Part shown: positions 41,927 to 52,492 of the stretch, in pieces
How the letters are laid out: each line of letters begins with the position of its first letter
Numbering within the stretch: position 1 is the stretch's first letter
Origin: Nitrospirota bacterium
GTDB lineage: Bacteria; Nitrospirota; UBA9217
NCBI GenBank assembly: GCA_963737155.1
Contig: CAVTRN010000002.1
Coordinates: 384,001 to 448,000, forward strand
Length of the DNA: 64,000 nt
Direction of reading: 5' to 3'
The notes under the pieces: generated by a model
The model's database searches: none
What the model was told of the DNA's origin: nothing
The model's input: only the letters and a program-made list of their open reading frames with translations
Made by a program: the position numbers and the translations under genes

Positions 41927-42442
41927 TCATTTTACAGAAATTTCTTCCATCTGTTTATACATTGAGTAATATGCTGTAAATTCTTTTCTATACTTCGCAC
42001 TGATATTATTTCTAAAAAATTCTTTTTCACCTGAATTATACATTGACGCTATATCCTCGAGGGAAGCTTTTTTGTGTTTATCGAGAAGATACTTTATGAA
42101 TATGACAGAAGCTTTTATGTTTTTTTCCGGGTCGTACAAATCTTTTATAGTTTTTACTGCGGGATTAAAAAACCTTCCTGTGGTTAATGTCAATTGCATT
42201 ACACCGTGACTCTCTCTGCTAATCTTTTTCATGTTTTTCTTTTGTATATTTTTATTAAATGCTTTTGTTCGAAATCCGCTTTCTATTGCTGCAATTGTTA
42301 AAGAAATAGAAGGGTCGACATTATACATTATCGAATATTTTATTATCAGATTAATATTTAAAATTTTGTCAGCAGAGACCTTCGGGCAAAGAGAAAACAA
42401 TAAAATAATGCTTATCGTCAGAATGTAATTGGTTTTTTTCAT
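41927..42442 (-). CDS. Lytic transglycosylase (SLT domain), low GC
   Basis: Signal peptide, AAIESGF (catalytic E), GVMQL, LYDPEKNI, YNSG. Confidence 0.85.
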   Translation of the reverse strand: MKKTNYILTISIILLFSLCPKVSADKILNINLIIKYSIMYNVDPSISLTIAAIESGFRTKAFNKNIQKKNMKKISRESHGVMQLTLTTGRFFNPAVKTIKDLYDPEKNIKASVIFIKYLLDKHKKASLEDIASMYNSGEKEFFRNNISAKYRKEFTAYYSMYKQMEEISVK

Positions 42443-43851
42443 CTAATTCCACCTCTCACTTTAAATTTAAGTTCAAGGTAATCAATTAGAGACTTGGTAT
42501 AAGCAATAGAATAATCTATGCCGTCAAGTTCTGGCACCTCTCGATTCTTTTTTGATGCTGTTGAATGAGCCTTCATTATATTGGTAAATAATTCTTCCCT
42601 TACTCATAGTAATAAAAAACCCTTTTACAAGGTAATAAAAAGTAATCTTGAACAAGGCCACAACCCCGTCGATAGTTCATTAATCGATTATAATTTAAAT
42701 AAGCTATGCAATAAGCACTCCATCTTTTTTACATCCCAAATTAAATGCAGGATACGGCAAGATACGAACGATATATGCCTTCATAAACAAAGTGATAAGC
42801 ATGCCGTTATCACCAAAAAAATTATTTAATAACATTATAATTATATATTTGCCTATAACCAAAATAATATTTCCTAAATAATATGGTTGGTGAAATAGCC
42901 ATGAATTTGGGGATATCACCGTTCTTTAAATTACCCCATCAAGACGGCTATTTCCGCCAGAATCGATGGTTTCGAATATGTTTTCTCCGAGTTGTGCGTT
43001 TCCCCGACTTTAATGAGATAGACCAGGGAGGGAAATCAGCTGGTAGTCTGAAAGAGGATTTATTAAATATAATGCGGCGCAGAAGCGATGGACGTGCGGA
43101 TACCGCTGTGAATTACAACTGCTTGCGAAGTATTGAAGAAGGAGCCTTCACTGCATACTATAATTGGTTATAATACGGGTAATGAGGCGAAATGGGCATT
43201 AAAAGCGTGTAAAATATAACGTTGGAGATGCCGGGATGAGGGGAATTCCGCAGGGAAGAGGGCGAAGGAGTGTCGATAGGTAGCGGTAAAACTGGTCACT
43301 GAAGGGAAATATCGATACCGACAGCAGCGCAAAGGTTGTAGTTGACGCCATCGCTGTTAGCTAACTGTTTAGGGGAGAAAAATTTATATTCGAGGAATAG
43401 GTTGACAGCGAAATAGATCTTTGTAATCTCAATGGATTCATTATCAAGTTACAGAGCGATCAACGAGCAGTTGATGCTGGATTGAAGCTATTCTATTGTG
43501 CAGGACATGAGCGGTCATCATTTGAGTTGCGCGGCAGTGGGCCCAGATACAATGTGATTGAATATAGCGGACAAAACTCGGTGTATATCCTGAATGAGCG
43601 ATTCGTTGACTATGATAGGCAGAAATGGTAATTTATTTCAAGAATTTGATTCTCGATGTCAATTCCTCACGCCGGGCGTGAAATGTCACGTGCGGCGGCG
43701 GACAATCGTTGGTTGATGCTGCATGCAACACGGTCTTTCTGTGATTTAGGATTTAGCTGGCCGGTGAAAACCGTATCTGCGAGATAAACGATAATATGAT
43801 ATTCCACTTCTGGATAATTAGCTTATCATCATCGGGATCAGGATTGCTTAT

Positions 43852-44538
43852 ATGAGCGTGCGTTGTTTGATCATAGAGGACGAAGCGGATACTGCTCGCT
43901 TTGTCTGCAATGGCCTCAGGGAATCGGGCTACACCGTAACGTGGTGCAGGAAGAGCGCAACGGGACTCGATATTGCCACCAGTGAACAATGGGACGTCAT
44001 AATTCTTGACCGAATGTTGCCAGGAAATACAGATGGACTCTCGATTGTCAAAACACTGAGGGAACTCGGGAAATCGACCCCGGTTCTGATTGTAAGCGCC
44101 CTGGCAAGTCTGGACGAACGTGTGCGCGGGCTGCGGGAGGGTGGCGATGACTATCTCACCAAACCCTTTGCCTTTTCCGAGTTGCTCGCACGGGTAGAGG
44201 CCCTGACTCGCCGATCCAAGCTGTCGGAGGATGTTGGGGAGTTGCGGATAGCCGATCTGAAGCTTGATCTGCGTGCGCGCAGGGTCGAACGCGCGGGAAA
44301 AGCGATTCTCCTGCAGCCCCGGGAATTTCGTTTGCTCGAATACCTGGTTAGGCACCAGAACCAAATGGTCACGCGCACGATGCTGCTGGAGTCTGTATGG
44401 GACTATCACTTCGACCCCCAGACAAATGTGATTGATGTCCAGATAAGTCGTCTGCGGAGCAAGATTGACAAGGGATTCTCGCCGCCGCTTCTCCATACGG
44501 TGCGTGGTGCCGGCTATATGGTGAGCGCCCATGACTAA
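43852..44538 (+). CDS. OmpR-family response regulator (CusR/CzcR-like)
   Basis: ILDRMLP, GGDDYLTKPF, winged helix TNVIDVQISRLR..TVRGAGY. Confidence 0.93.
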   Translation: MSVRCLIIEDEADTARFVCNGLRESGYTVTWCRKSATGLDIATSEQWDVIILDRMLPGNTDGLSIVKTLRELGKSTPVLIVSALASLDERVRGLREGGDDYLTKPFAFSELLARVEALTRRSKLSEDVGELRIADLKLDLRARRVERAGKAILLQPREFRLLEYLVRHQNQMVTRTMLLESVWDYHFDPQTNVIDVQISRLRSKIDKGFSPPLLHTVRGAGYMVSAHD

Positions 44539-45892
44539 GCTCTGGAGATCAGTCGCATTTCGCCTGGCTCTCTTTTGCGGCATGCTCGTCATCGGTTCAA
44601 CTGCTGTTTTTTCGGTTATTTTTTATTTCGGGACCATCAGAAAACTGGACCAGGAGGTCGACCAAAAAATAGTTACCATCTCAGAACGGCTTGCAAACAA
44701 TTTTGAAGATAAGGGGTTTGAGGCTCTGCAGAGGGAAATACAAGCTCTCCTGACCGATAAGTTCGATGTCGATACAGAGATCTATTTTCTCGGTGGGCCC
44801 GATGGACAGAAGGTCGTAGGCAATTTGTCGGGCTGGAAAGAGATTACGGCACCGTTCGACCATCCGATCAATCGGGATGTCATTCGAGACGGATTCCCTT
44901 CATCGGCCCGCCTGGTGTTGCACAAATTGCCGAATGGCGCCGTCCTCGTAGTCGGTCGCGACATGAAGGACCTGAACGGTATCGCGAAGCTGATATGGCG
45001 CACCATTGGTATCGGCGGCGTCATTGCCCTGGTGCTCGCTATTGGCGGCACAATCCTCTTTCGTTATCTGCTGGAACGCCGTGTCAGTGCGATCCGCCAG
45101 ACTGTCGGGGAAGTCGAGGCAGGAAATCTGGCCAAACGAATACCTGTTTCCGGCGTCGAGGACGAATTTGCCCGCCTGAGCGACGACATGAATCAAATGC
45201 TCGACAGGATCGAGCATTTGATGGATGGTGTTAGGCACGTTTCCAACACGATTGCGCACAACGTGAGAACTCCTCTCAGTCAAATCCGCGGACATCTCGA
45301 TGAGTCACTTCGTGCAGGTGCCAATGCGTTACGGCTAACCGAGGCGGCTGAATTCTCTATAGCGCAGGTCGATGATCTGATCATTGTTCTCGATAAGCTT
45401 CTGCAGATTGCTGAATCTGAATCCGGTACGCGGCGCCAGCCTTTCAAACCCGTGGTGTTGCGCGAAGTGGTCACCACTGTCGTCGAACTCTATGATGCCA
45501 TTGCAGAGGCCCAAGGCATCGTTCTGACCACGAACATCGAGGGTGACCCGAAGACATTCGGCGACAAGGACCTCCTGGCGAGCGCGCTTGCCAACCTGCT
45601 CGATAATGCGCTCAAATACGGGGGACGTTCTGTGACCGTCTGTGTGCGCGAGACACCGGAGGCGGAAACCGTTTCTCTGGCGGTTCAGGACAATGGGCCT
45701 GGGATTCCGTCTGAGGAGCGGCCCAGGGTGATCCAGCGCTTCTACCGTCTTGATCAGAGAGTACCCGGCACGGGCCTCGGTCTCTCGATCGTGGCCTCCA
45801 TTGCTCATCTTCATGAAGCAGCGCTCCATCTGGACGACGCTGGTCCGGGACTTCTAGCCCGCATAGTCCTGCCGCTCTGTGTCTCTATCTGA
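44531..45892 (+). CDS. HAMP sensor histidine kinase
   Basis: Two TM, HAMP, IAHNVRTPL, NLLDNALKY, GTGLGL. Confidence 0.93.
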   Translation: MTKLWRSVAFRLALFCGMLVIGSTAVFSVIFYFGTIRKLDQEVDQKIVTISERLANNFEDKGFEALQREIQALLTDKFDVDTEIYFLGGPDGQKVVGNLSGWKEITAPFDHPINRDVIRDGFPSSARLVLHKLPNGAVLVVGRDMKDLNGIAKLIWRTIGIGGVIALVLAIGGTILFRYLLERRVSAIRQTVGEVEAGNLAKRIPVSGVEDEFARLSDDMNQMLDRIEHLMDGVRHVSNTIAHNVRTPLSQIRGHLDESLRAGANALRLTEAAEFSIAQVDDLIIVLDKLLQIAESESGTRRQPFKPVVLREVVTTVVELYDAIAEAQGIVLTTNIEGDPKTFGDKDLLASALANLLDNALKYGGRSVTVCVRETPEAETVSLAVQDNGPGIPSEERPRVIQRFYRLDQRVPGTGLGLSIVASIAHLHEAALHLDDAGPGLLARIVLPLCVSI

Positions 45893-46285
45893 ATTTACAA
45901 GCGCACCTATTCTGTCCAGTCCGTGGCTCTCCTCCAGCAGCCGTTCAGTCGATCCTCAAACCTTTCCAAATGGTAACCTAATGGAAATAATCCCGTAATA
46001 ATCGGATGGTATTATAATATCAGGTATTTTTGACACATTAGAACCGCAAAATAATGGCAATTTCACGAGATCAAGTGAAATTAAATCCGCGCCTCCTGAC
46101 ATCACGATGTCAGGTAGCCCGATTTTCTTAACCGGCCGGTATAATTGCATTGGCCCGAATGCCTTTGTGCCCGGTTCCTTCGCACGGGAAACCGTTGGAC
46201 TGATATTTGAGAAAGAAAAGTTATGGGTAGGTGAAGAATTATTTTCAAACTGGGAAATTAGTTAGGTCTATAGCGAGGTCTATCC

Positions 46286-47323
46286 ATGCGATTTAAGAGA
46301 CGTAATCTATTGGGCGTGGTTGCAGTTGCATTACTCGTCTTCTTTGCCGGCGCATTTTTCGTAAAAAATTCTGATATTCATCTGAAATCAGGGTTTAGCC
46401 CCGAACAGGCGAATGCCGCACAAGGACAGACGCCATCTGCTCCGTCATCGAGCAAGGCCCCCGATGATTCTCTCGCTCCACAAAGTGTAACACTGGATGA
46501 GACACAGCTTAAATCCATCAAGGTCGACCCGGTTGGAAAGCATCTCTTCGCGATTGAGCGGGAAGCGGTCGGCAGCATTGATTTCGACGAAGACCTTTCG
46601 GTTGTCCAGGCTGAATCAGCTTTAATCGGCGCTGCGGCGGCCTTCGAAGTGACCAGCAAAGAACTTGCGCGCGCCAAGGCCCTTTATGCGACCAACGTTG
46701 GCGTGTCGCAAAAGGAGTTGGATCAGGCTGTTTCCGACCAGCAAACCGCAGAGGGCGCCCTCAAAGCCGCACGCGATGCTGTCCGCGTCCTCGGCAAGAC
46801 AGAGGCCGAAATAGATCACATGATCGCCTCGGGCAGGATTGAGCCGACACTGGTTAGCCGGGTAGCCGATGCCTATGTCACCGAAAGCGACACGCCGCTC
46901 GTTCACTTGGGACAGCCGGTTACTGTCAAGGTCATGGCCTATCCTGACCGCGTGTTTGAAGGCAAAGTCACGAAGATATATGCGGTCGTTGATCCGGATA
47001 CCCATAGAACCAAGATCCGCGCCACAGTTGCTGATCGCAGGAATGAGCTGCGTCCTGGAATGCTGGCCAGCGTCATGATTCGCATTCAAAAACCCGTGGA
47101 AGCCATCGCGATACCGGTCAACGGCGCGGTCCGCGAAGGCGATGGTACGATGACGGTTTGGGTCACCATCGACCGCCATCGCTTCATACAAAGACCAGTC
47201 GAGCTTGGTCTGCAAAAAGACGGCTGGTATCAGATAGTCAAAGGTCTGCAGCCAGGCGAACTGGTTGTTACTGAAGGCGGCATATTCCTCAGCAACATGC
47301 TGGAAGCCCCGCCAACGGATTAG
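46286..47323 (+). CDS. RND efflux periplasmic adaptor (CzcB/CusB-like), apparently lacking the lipoyl domain
   Basis: N-terminal TM, alpha-hairpin, beta-barrel (GKVTKI..VDPDT..LRPGM), membrane-proximal domain (GLQPGELVVTEG). Confidence 0.88.
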   Translation: MRFKRRNLLGVVAVALLVFFAGAFFVKNSDIHLKSGFSPEQANAAQGQTPSAPSSSKAPDDSLAPQSVTLDETQLKSIKVDPVGKHLFAIEREAVGSIDFDEDLSVVQAESALIGAAAAFEVTSKELARAKALYATNVGVSQKELDQAVSDQQTAEGALKAARDAVRVLGKTEAEIDHMIASGRIEPTLVSRVADAYVTESDTPLVHLGQPVTVKVMAYPDRVFEGKVTKIYAVVDPDTHRTKIRATVADRRNELRPGMLASVMIRIQKPVEAIAIPVNGAVREGDGTMTVWVTIDRHRFIQRPVELGLQKDGWYQIVKGLQPGELVVTEGGIFLSNMLEAPPTD

Positions 47324-47325
47324 CC

Positions 47326-50300
47326 ATGTTTAAGTCTCTCATAGCATTTTGTCTGAGCCGCCGAGCGATTATTGTGGTTGCCCTGCTACTATTTGCAGGC
47401 GCAGCGTTTATCGCGTTTCAAAAGCTCAACATCGAGGCCTATCCAAATCCAGCACCGGTTATCCTGGAGATAACCGCGCAGGCGCCAGGTCTGTCGGCCG
47501 AGGAGATGGAGCGGTACTACACGCGCCCAATCGAAATTGGCCTCTACACGACTCCCGGCATCGCTGTCATCCGATCCACCTCGTTTTACGGCCTGTCTTT
47601 TGTCCGGGTCGTTTTTAAATATGGGGTAGAGTATCACTTCGCTTACAGCCAGGCGGCCATCTCGCTGCAACAAAATGTCAGTCTTCCCGGCAATCTGGTG
47701 CCCACTATTCAGCAGAACAGCGGAACCGGAGAAATCTATCGCTACCAGGTGGTGGGACCGAAGCATTTCGGAATAACCAACCTCCGGACTGTTCAGGATT
47801 GGATCGTAGCGCGCCGCCTGTTAACCATTCCCGGCATAGTTGCGGTCAACAGTTGGGGCGGACCGACAAAGCAATTCGAGGTAGAAGCTGATCCGCACAA
47901 ATTAGAAGCTTACAACGTAACGGTACCCCAAATCCTGGCTGCGCTGGGCAACGCCAACATCAACGTGGGCGGGCGGGAAATCCGCATTGGCCAGCAATCG
48001 ATCAATATTCGTGGCGTCGGCCTGATTGACGATGGCGGCAATGATGATTTGACCCAGGGCTTCAAAGTTGATGACATTGAAAACGTTGTCCTGACCCAAT
48101 CGAATGGAGTTCCTGTACAGATAAAGGATGTTGCAAAGGTGCATGTGGGATATAGGCCGAGGCTCGGAATCTGGGGCCATGATAGAGAGGACGATGGTGT
48201 AGCGGCGATTGTGGTCATGAGCCGCGTTGACCGCGCTCATGACATGCTGCCAAAGGTCAAAGCCGAGATTGACACCATGAATCAAGACGGGAGTCTGCCG
48301 CCGGGAGTCAAGCTCGTTCCCTTTTATGATCGAGGATCGCTGATCAACGTCACCACCCGCACCGTTTTGCACAACCTCATCTTTGGATGCCTGCTTGTCA
48401 TCCTCATTCAATGGATTTTTCTCGGCAATTTCCGCAGCGCGATCATCGTCGGGTTGAATATCCCGTTTGCCCTTTTTTTCGCAATCATTCTCCTCGTGAT
48501 TCAGGGCGAAAGCGCGAACCTGCTTTCGGTCGGCGCCGTTGATTTCGGCATCATCGTGGATTCAGCGGTTATACTTGTTGAAAATATTTTCCGCACCTCC
48601 CAGGGGCGCCCGGAAGAAAAAGAGGGGATGCTCCGTAATCTTGCCGAGGGCTTTTGGGGGCCGGACCCGACGAGGATCCCAATGCATGCCACTCCGTCCC
48701 GCGGATGGACGGATCGTTTGCGGCTTATTCTGATTAGCGCAATACAAGTGGACAAGGCGGTTTTTTTCTCAACCTTAATAACCGTGGCGGCTTTCGTGCC
48801 GCTTTTCACGATGCAGGGAGTTGAAGGCGCGATATTCGGCCCAATGGCGCGCACATACGGATACGCACTGGCGGGCGCCTTGATCGCAACATTCACCGTC
48901 ACGCCTGTCCTTGCGTCCCTGCTGCTCCCCGAGCATGTAAAGGGAACCGAGACAATTATCGTCCGCGCACTGCGCCGCCTTTATGATCCGGCACTGCGTT
49001 TCGCGCTGGCCCACCGCGCGATCATGGTGATGATCGGAATTGCTTTTATCGCCTTGGCCGGATTTCTGATACCGCGTCTCGGAAGCGAATTCCTGCCTCA
49101 CCTCGAAGAAGGCAATTTTTGGATACGCGCTTCCATGCCGATGACGCTTTCGCTGGAAGAAGGCGAGGCGGCGACGAGGAAAATGCGGACGATTCTCCTG
49201 AAATATCCAGAGGTCATTACCGTAACGTCCCAGCACGGCCGGCCGGATGACGGCAGCGACGCGGCGCCATTCTCCAACGTCGAACTGTTCGCGGTGCTCA
49301 AGCCGCCCGACCAATGGCGCACAGGCATGAATAAGGAAAAACTGACCGAACAGATTAACGCCGAGCTTGAGCGTGAGCTGCCCGGGGTCTTCTTCAACTT
49401 CTCGCAATATATCCAGGATAACATCGAGGAGGCCATTTCGGGCGTTAAAGCAGTTAATTCGGTCAAGATCGTTGGCCCCAACCTTGAAACATTGACCAGA
49501 CTGGCGGAGCAGGTGAGGGACGAGATGAGCAAGGTGCGCGGCATTGCCGACCTCGGAATCTTTCCAGTCCTAGGTCAGCCGAATCTGAATATCAAGGTGG
49601 ATCGCGCCAAAGCCGCGAGGTATGGTCTCAATACTGGCGACATCAACTCTGTCATCCAAGCAGCGCTTGGCGGTACGGTAGCGACATCGGTATTGGAGGG
49701 GGACCGCGAGTTCGACCTGGTTGTCCGCTATCCGCCCGGATACCGTGACAGCATAGAAAAAATCCGCAACGTGAAGGTGGCCTATCAAACAGGGAGCGGC
49801 ACAAACGCCTACCTTCCTTTGCGTGAACTGGCAACGATCAGCTTGGACACGGGAGCGGCCTGGATTTATCACGAAAGCATGCAGCGCTTCATCCCGGTCA
49901 AGTTCAGCGTGCGCGGTCGTGACCTCGGAGGCACCGTTGCCGAGGCGCAGGAGCGTATCGCGAAGAATTTAAAGCTTCCGAGCGGCTACCGGCTGATCTG
50001 GGCCGGTGAGTTCGGAGATCTGCAGAGCGCTAAAAAGCGCCTGGAAGTGATCGTGCCTATCAGCCTCGTGCTCATCCTGGGGTTGCTCTATGCCACGTTC
50101 AATTCGCTTCGTGACAGTCTGATGGCGCTCGCAGGAATCCCTTTCGCGGTTGCTGGCGGCATATTGGCACTCTATATCTCCGGTCTCAATTTCAGCATTT
50201 CCGCTGCCGTCGGTTTTGTCTCACTCTTTGGCGTATCTGTCATGAACGGCATCCTGATAATTACCTATTACAACCAAGGAAGGCTTCACGGCGGCAGGCC

Positions 50301-50550
50301 CCTAGAAGCGATGATCCACGCTGCCTCAACCCGTATGCGGCCGTTACTCATGACGAGTTTCTCCGCCTGCCTCGGCCTACTTCCCGCAGCGATTTCGACC
50401 GGGATCGGAAGCCAGGTGCAGCGGCCGCTTGCTACCGTGATCGTTGGCGGCATGTTCATTGGTCCAATCATTTTGCTGGTAGTTGTGCCGCCGCTCCAGA
50501 TGATGTTCTTGGAAGAGAAGAATGAAACGCAAAAAACAACTATCGACTAA
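47326..50550 (+). CDS. CusA/CzcA family heavy-metal RND efflux transporter
   Basis: APGLSAEEME, GAVDFGIIVDSAVILVENI, LGSEFLPHLEEG, RMRPLLMT, GSQVQRPLATV. Confidence 0.95.
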   Translation: MFKSLIAFCLSRRAIIVVALLLFAGAAFIAFQKLNIEAYPNPAPVILEITAQAPGLSAEEMERYYTRPIEIGLYTTPGIAVIRSTSFYGLSFVRVVFKYGVEYHFAYSQAAISLQQNVSLPGNLVPTIQQNSGTGEIYRYQVVGPKHFGITNLRTVQDWIVARRLLTIPGIVAVNSWGGPTKQFEVEADPHKLEAYNVTVPQILAALGNANINVGGREIRIGQQSINIRGVGLIDDGGNDDLTQGFKVDDIENVVLTQSNGVPVQIKDVAKVHVGYRPRLGIWGHDREDDGVAAIVVMSRVDRAHDMLPKVKAEIDTMNQDGSLPPGVKLVPFYDRGSLINVTTRTVLHNLIFGCLLVILIQWIFLGNFRSAIIVGLNIPFALFFAIILLVIQGESANLLSVGAVDFGIIVDSAVILVENIFRTSQGRPEEKEGMLRNLAEGFWGPDPTRIPMHATPSRGWTDRLRLILISAIQVDKAVFFSTLITVAAFVPLFTMQGVEGAIFGPMARTYGYALAGALIATFTVTPVLASLLLPEHVKGTETIIVRALRRLYDPALRFALAHRAIMVMIGIAFIALAGFLIPRLGSEFLPHLEEGNFWIRASMPMTLSLEEGEAATRKMRTILLKYPEVITVTSQHGRPDDGSDAAPFSNVELFAVLKPPDQWRTGMNKEKLTEQINAELERELPGVFFNFSQYIQDNIEEAISGVKAVNSVKIVGPNLETLTRLAEQVRDEMSKVRGIADLGIFPVLGQPNLNIKVDRAKAARYGLNTGDINSVIQAALGGTVATSVLEGDREFDLVVRYPPGYRDSIEKIRNVKVAYQTGSGTNAYLPLRELATISLDTGAAWIYHESMQRFIPVKFSVRGRDLGGTVAEAQERIAKNLKLPSGYRLIWAGEFGDLQSAKKRLEVIVPISLVLILGLLYATFNSLRDSLMALAGIPFAVAGGILALYISGLNFSISAAVGFVSLFGVSVMNGILIITYYNQGRLHGGRPLEAMIHAASTRMRPLLMTSFSACLGLLPAAISTGIGSQVQRPLATVIVGGMFIGPIILLVVVPPLQMMFLEEKNETQKTTID

Positions 50551-50560
50551 AGGAAGCACT

Positions 50561-50833
50561 ATGAAAGCATTGTTTTGTTAGATTTTAGTTTTAGCGATGG
50601 CTATCGGGCTATCGGCTACTCATGCGGCCTTTGCCAAACCAAATAACGTCGATAAGGCCGTTGCAACCCGAAAAACGGGTAAACGCTGGACGCAACTTCG
50701 GGAAAAATCGGGCGCAGGAATCAACAGGCTACATGTTGAAACACAAAAAAACCGCAAATCCGGACGCAACGACACGAGAACCAAAAAAAGCAGTTCATGC
50801 ATCAACGGAACAACGATTCATCGTAATCATTAG
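50561..50833 (+). pseudogene. Small basic exported protein with in-frame TAG at codon 7
   Basis: RBS AAGGAAG, MKALFC*ILVLAMAIGLSATHAAFA-KPNN.. signal-peptide-like, K/R-rich tail. Confidence 0.45.
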
Positions 50834-50853
50834 CGCTGTATTAAGGAAAGGCC

Positions 50854-52362
50854 ATGTTATCAAAACATTTCCACTGCATCGCTGCGACGTTGTCAATTGT
50901 TGGCCTCGTCTCAGGCTGCGCCGTGGGGCCGAACTTCCACCGTCCGGCACCGCCCGCGATTAACGGCTATACGGCTGAGCCGCTGACTGCGACGACTTCT
51001 ACCACCAACATAGCCGGCGGCGAAGAACAACGCTTTGTCATGGGGATGGATATTCCCAAACAGTGGTGGTCATTGTTCAAGTCGCCGCCGCTCAATGCAC
51101 TGGTCGAAAAATCGCTCAAGACCAACCCAACGATCGAAGCAGCGAAAGCAGCCTTGCGCCAGGCTCGGGAAAACGTTGCCGCCCAGATGGGCTTTTACTA
51201 TCCCACCGTCCAGGCCGGCTATTCAGCCAGCCGGACTAAGGACTCGAGCACCCTTTCTCCGGTGCTGGCTTCGGGTGCGGAGCCCTACACTCTCCATACT
51301 GCTCAGGTGAATGTGGGCTTTATGCCTGACGTGTTCGGCAGCAACCGGCGGCAGGTGGAATCCTTAAGGGCAGAAGCCAATTTTCAGCGCTTCCAGCTTG
51401 AGGCGACCTATCTCACGCTGACGTCGAACGTGGTAGCTGCGGCCATCCAGGAAGCTTCATTGCGCGCTCAGCTTTCCTCAACGCGAAGCATTATCAGGAT
51501 CGAGACTGAGATGCTCGACCAACTAAACCGACAGTTGGCAGTCGGCTATGCTGCCGGGCTGGACGTGGCTGCGCAGGAAGCGGCCTTTGCCCAGGTACAG
51601 CAAACCTTGCCGCCACTCCAGAAGCAACTGGCACAAACTCGCGATTTGCTTGTGGCCCTTGCCGGCCGTTTCCCAAACAAGGAGCTGGACGAGAAGTTCG
51701 AGATCGAGGCTCTCAGTCTTCCCGAGGAGCTGCCGGTCAGCCTCCCCTCCAAACTGGTGGAGCAGCGCCCAGACGTGCGCGCCGCCGAGGAACTATTGCA
51801 TTCCGCCAGCGCCCAGGTCGGCGTCGCCGTCGCCGCTATGCTGCCGAATATTACCCTGAGCGCAGATTTGGGCAGTAGCGCTACCGCGATCAGTCGGCTA
51901 TTTACGTCCGGAACCGGTTTCTGGAGCTTGGCTGGCAATCTCACGCAGCCCGTCTTCGAAGGGGGCACCTTGCTGCACAGGAAACGGGCTGCTGAAGCAG
52001 GTCTGGATCAGGCTGAGGCTGAGTATCGTAACACGGTTATCGCCGCATTCCAAAACGTGGCAGACACGCTGCATGCGATCCAATCCGATGCAGATGCTCT
52101 GAAAGCAGCGGCGGCGTTCCAACATGCCGCCCAACGAAGCCTCGATCTTGCGCAGAAGCAATTCGAAGTCGGCTACATTAATTATTTATCGTTGCTCTCT
52201 GCCGAGCAGGCGTATCATCAGGCAGTTATTAATCTCGTACAGGCTAAGGCCAACCGTTTTGCCGACACCGCAGCATTATTTATGGCGCTTGGCGGCGGCT
52301 GGTGGAACGGCCCGGACGACACTTCTGCGCCAACGACCTCAGAGGCCTCCTGGCAACGTTAA
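50854..52362 (+). CDS. RND outer membrane lipoprotein (NodT/OprM family)
   Basis: Lipobox VSGC-AVGPNF, QWWSLF, QRPDVRAAE, ALGGGW. Confidence 0.93.
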   Translation: MLSKHFHCIAATLSIVGLVSGCAVGPNFHRPAPPAINGYTAEPLTATTSTTNIAGGEEQRFVMGMDIPKQWWSLFKSPPLNALVEKSLKTNPTIEAAKAALRQARENVAAQMGFYYPTVQAGYSASRTKDSSTLSPVLASGAEPYTLHTAQVNVGFMPDVFGSNRRQVESLRAEANFQRFQLEATYLTLTSNVVAAAIQEASLRAQLSSTRSIIRIETEMLDQLNRQLAVGYAAGLDVAAQEAAFAQVQQTLPPLQKQLAQTRDLLVALAGRFPNKELDEKFEIEALSLPEELPVSLPSKLVEQRPDVRAAEELLHSASAQVGVAVAAMLPNITLSADLGSSATAISRLFTSGTGFWSLAGNLTQPVFEGGTLLHRKRAAEAGLDQAEAEYRNTVIAAFQNVADTLHAIQSDADALKAAAAFQHAAQRSLDLAQKQFEVGYINYLSLLSAEQAYHQAVINLVQAKANRFADTAALFMALGGGWWNGPDDTSAPTTSEASWQR

Positions 52363-52492
52363 CCTTGCCCAATTACACACTAGTGTGCGTCAATGACCTT
52401 GACTGGAATTGGAAAACAGATAAAATATATATTGAAACCTGTCGTGCGATGTCCAATTTGTTTCTGCTGTGGCTTCTTATTAAGGTGGATGG

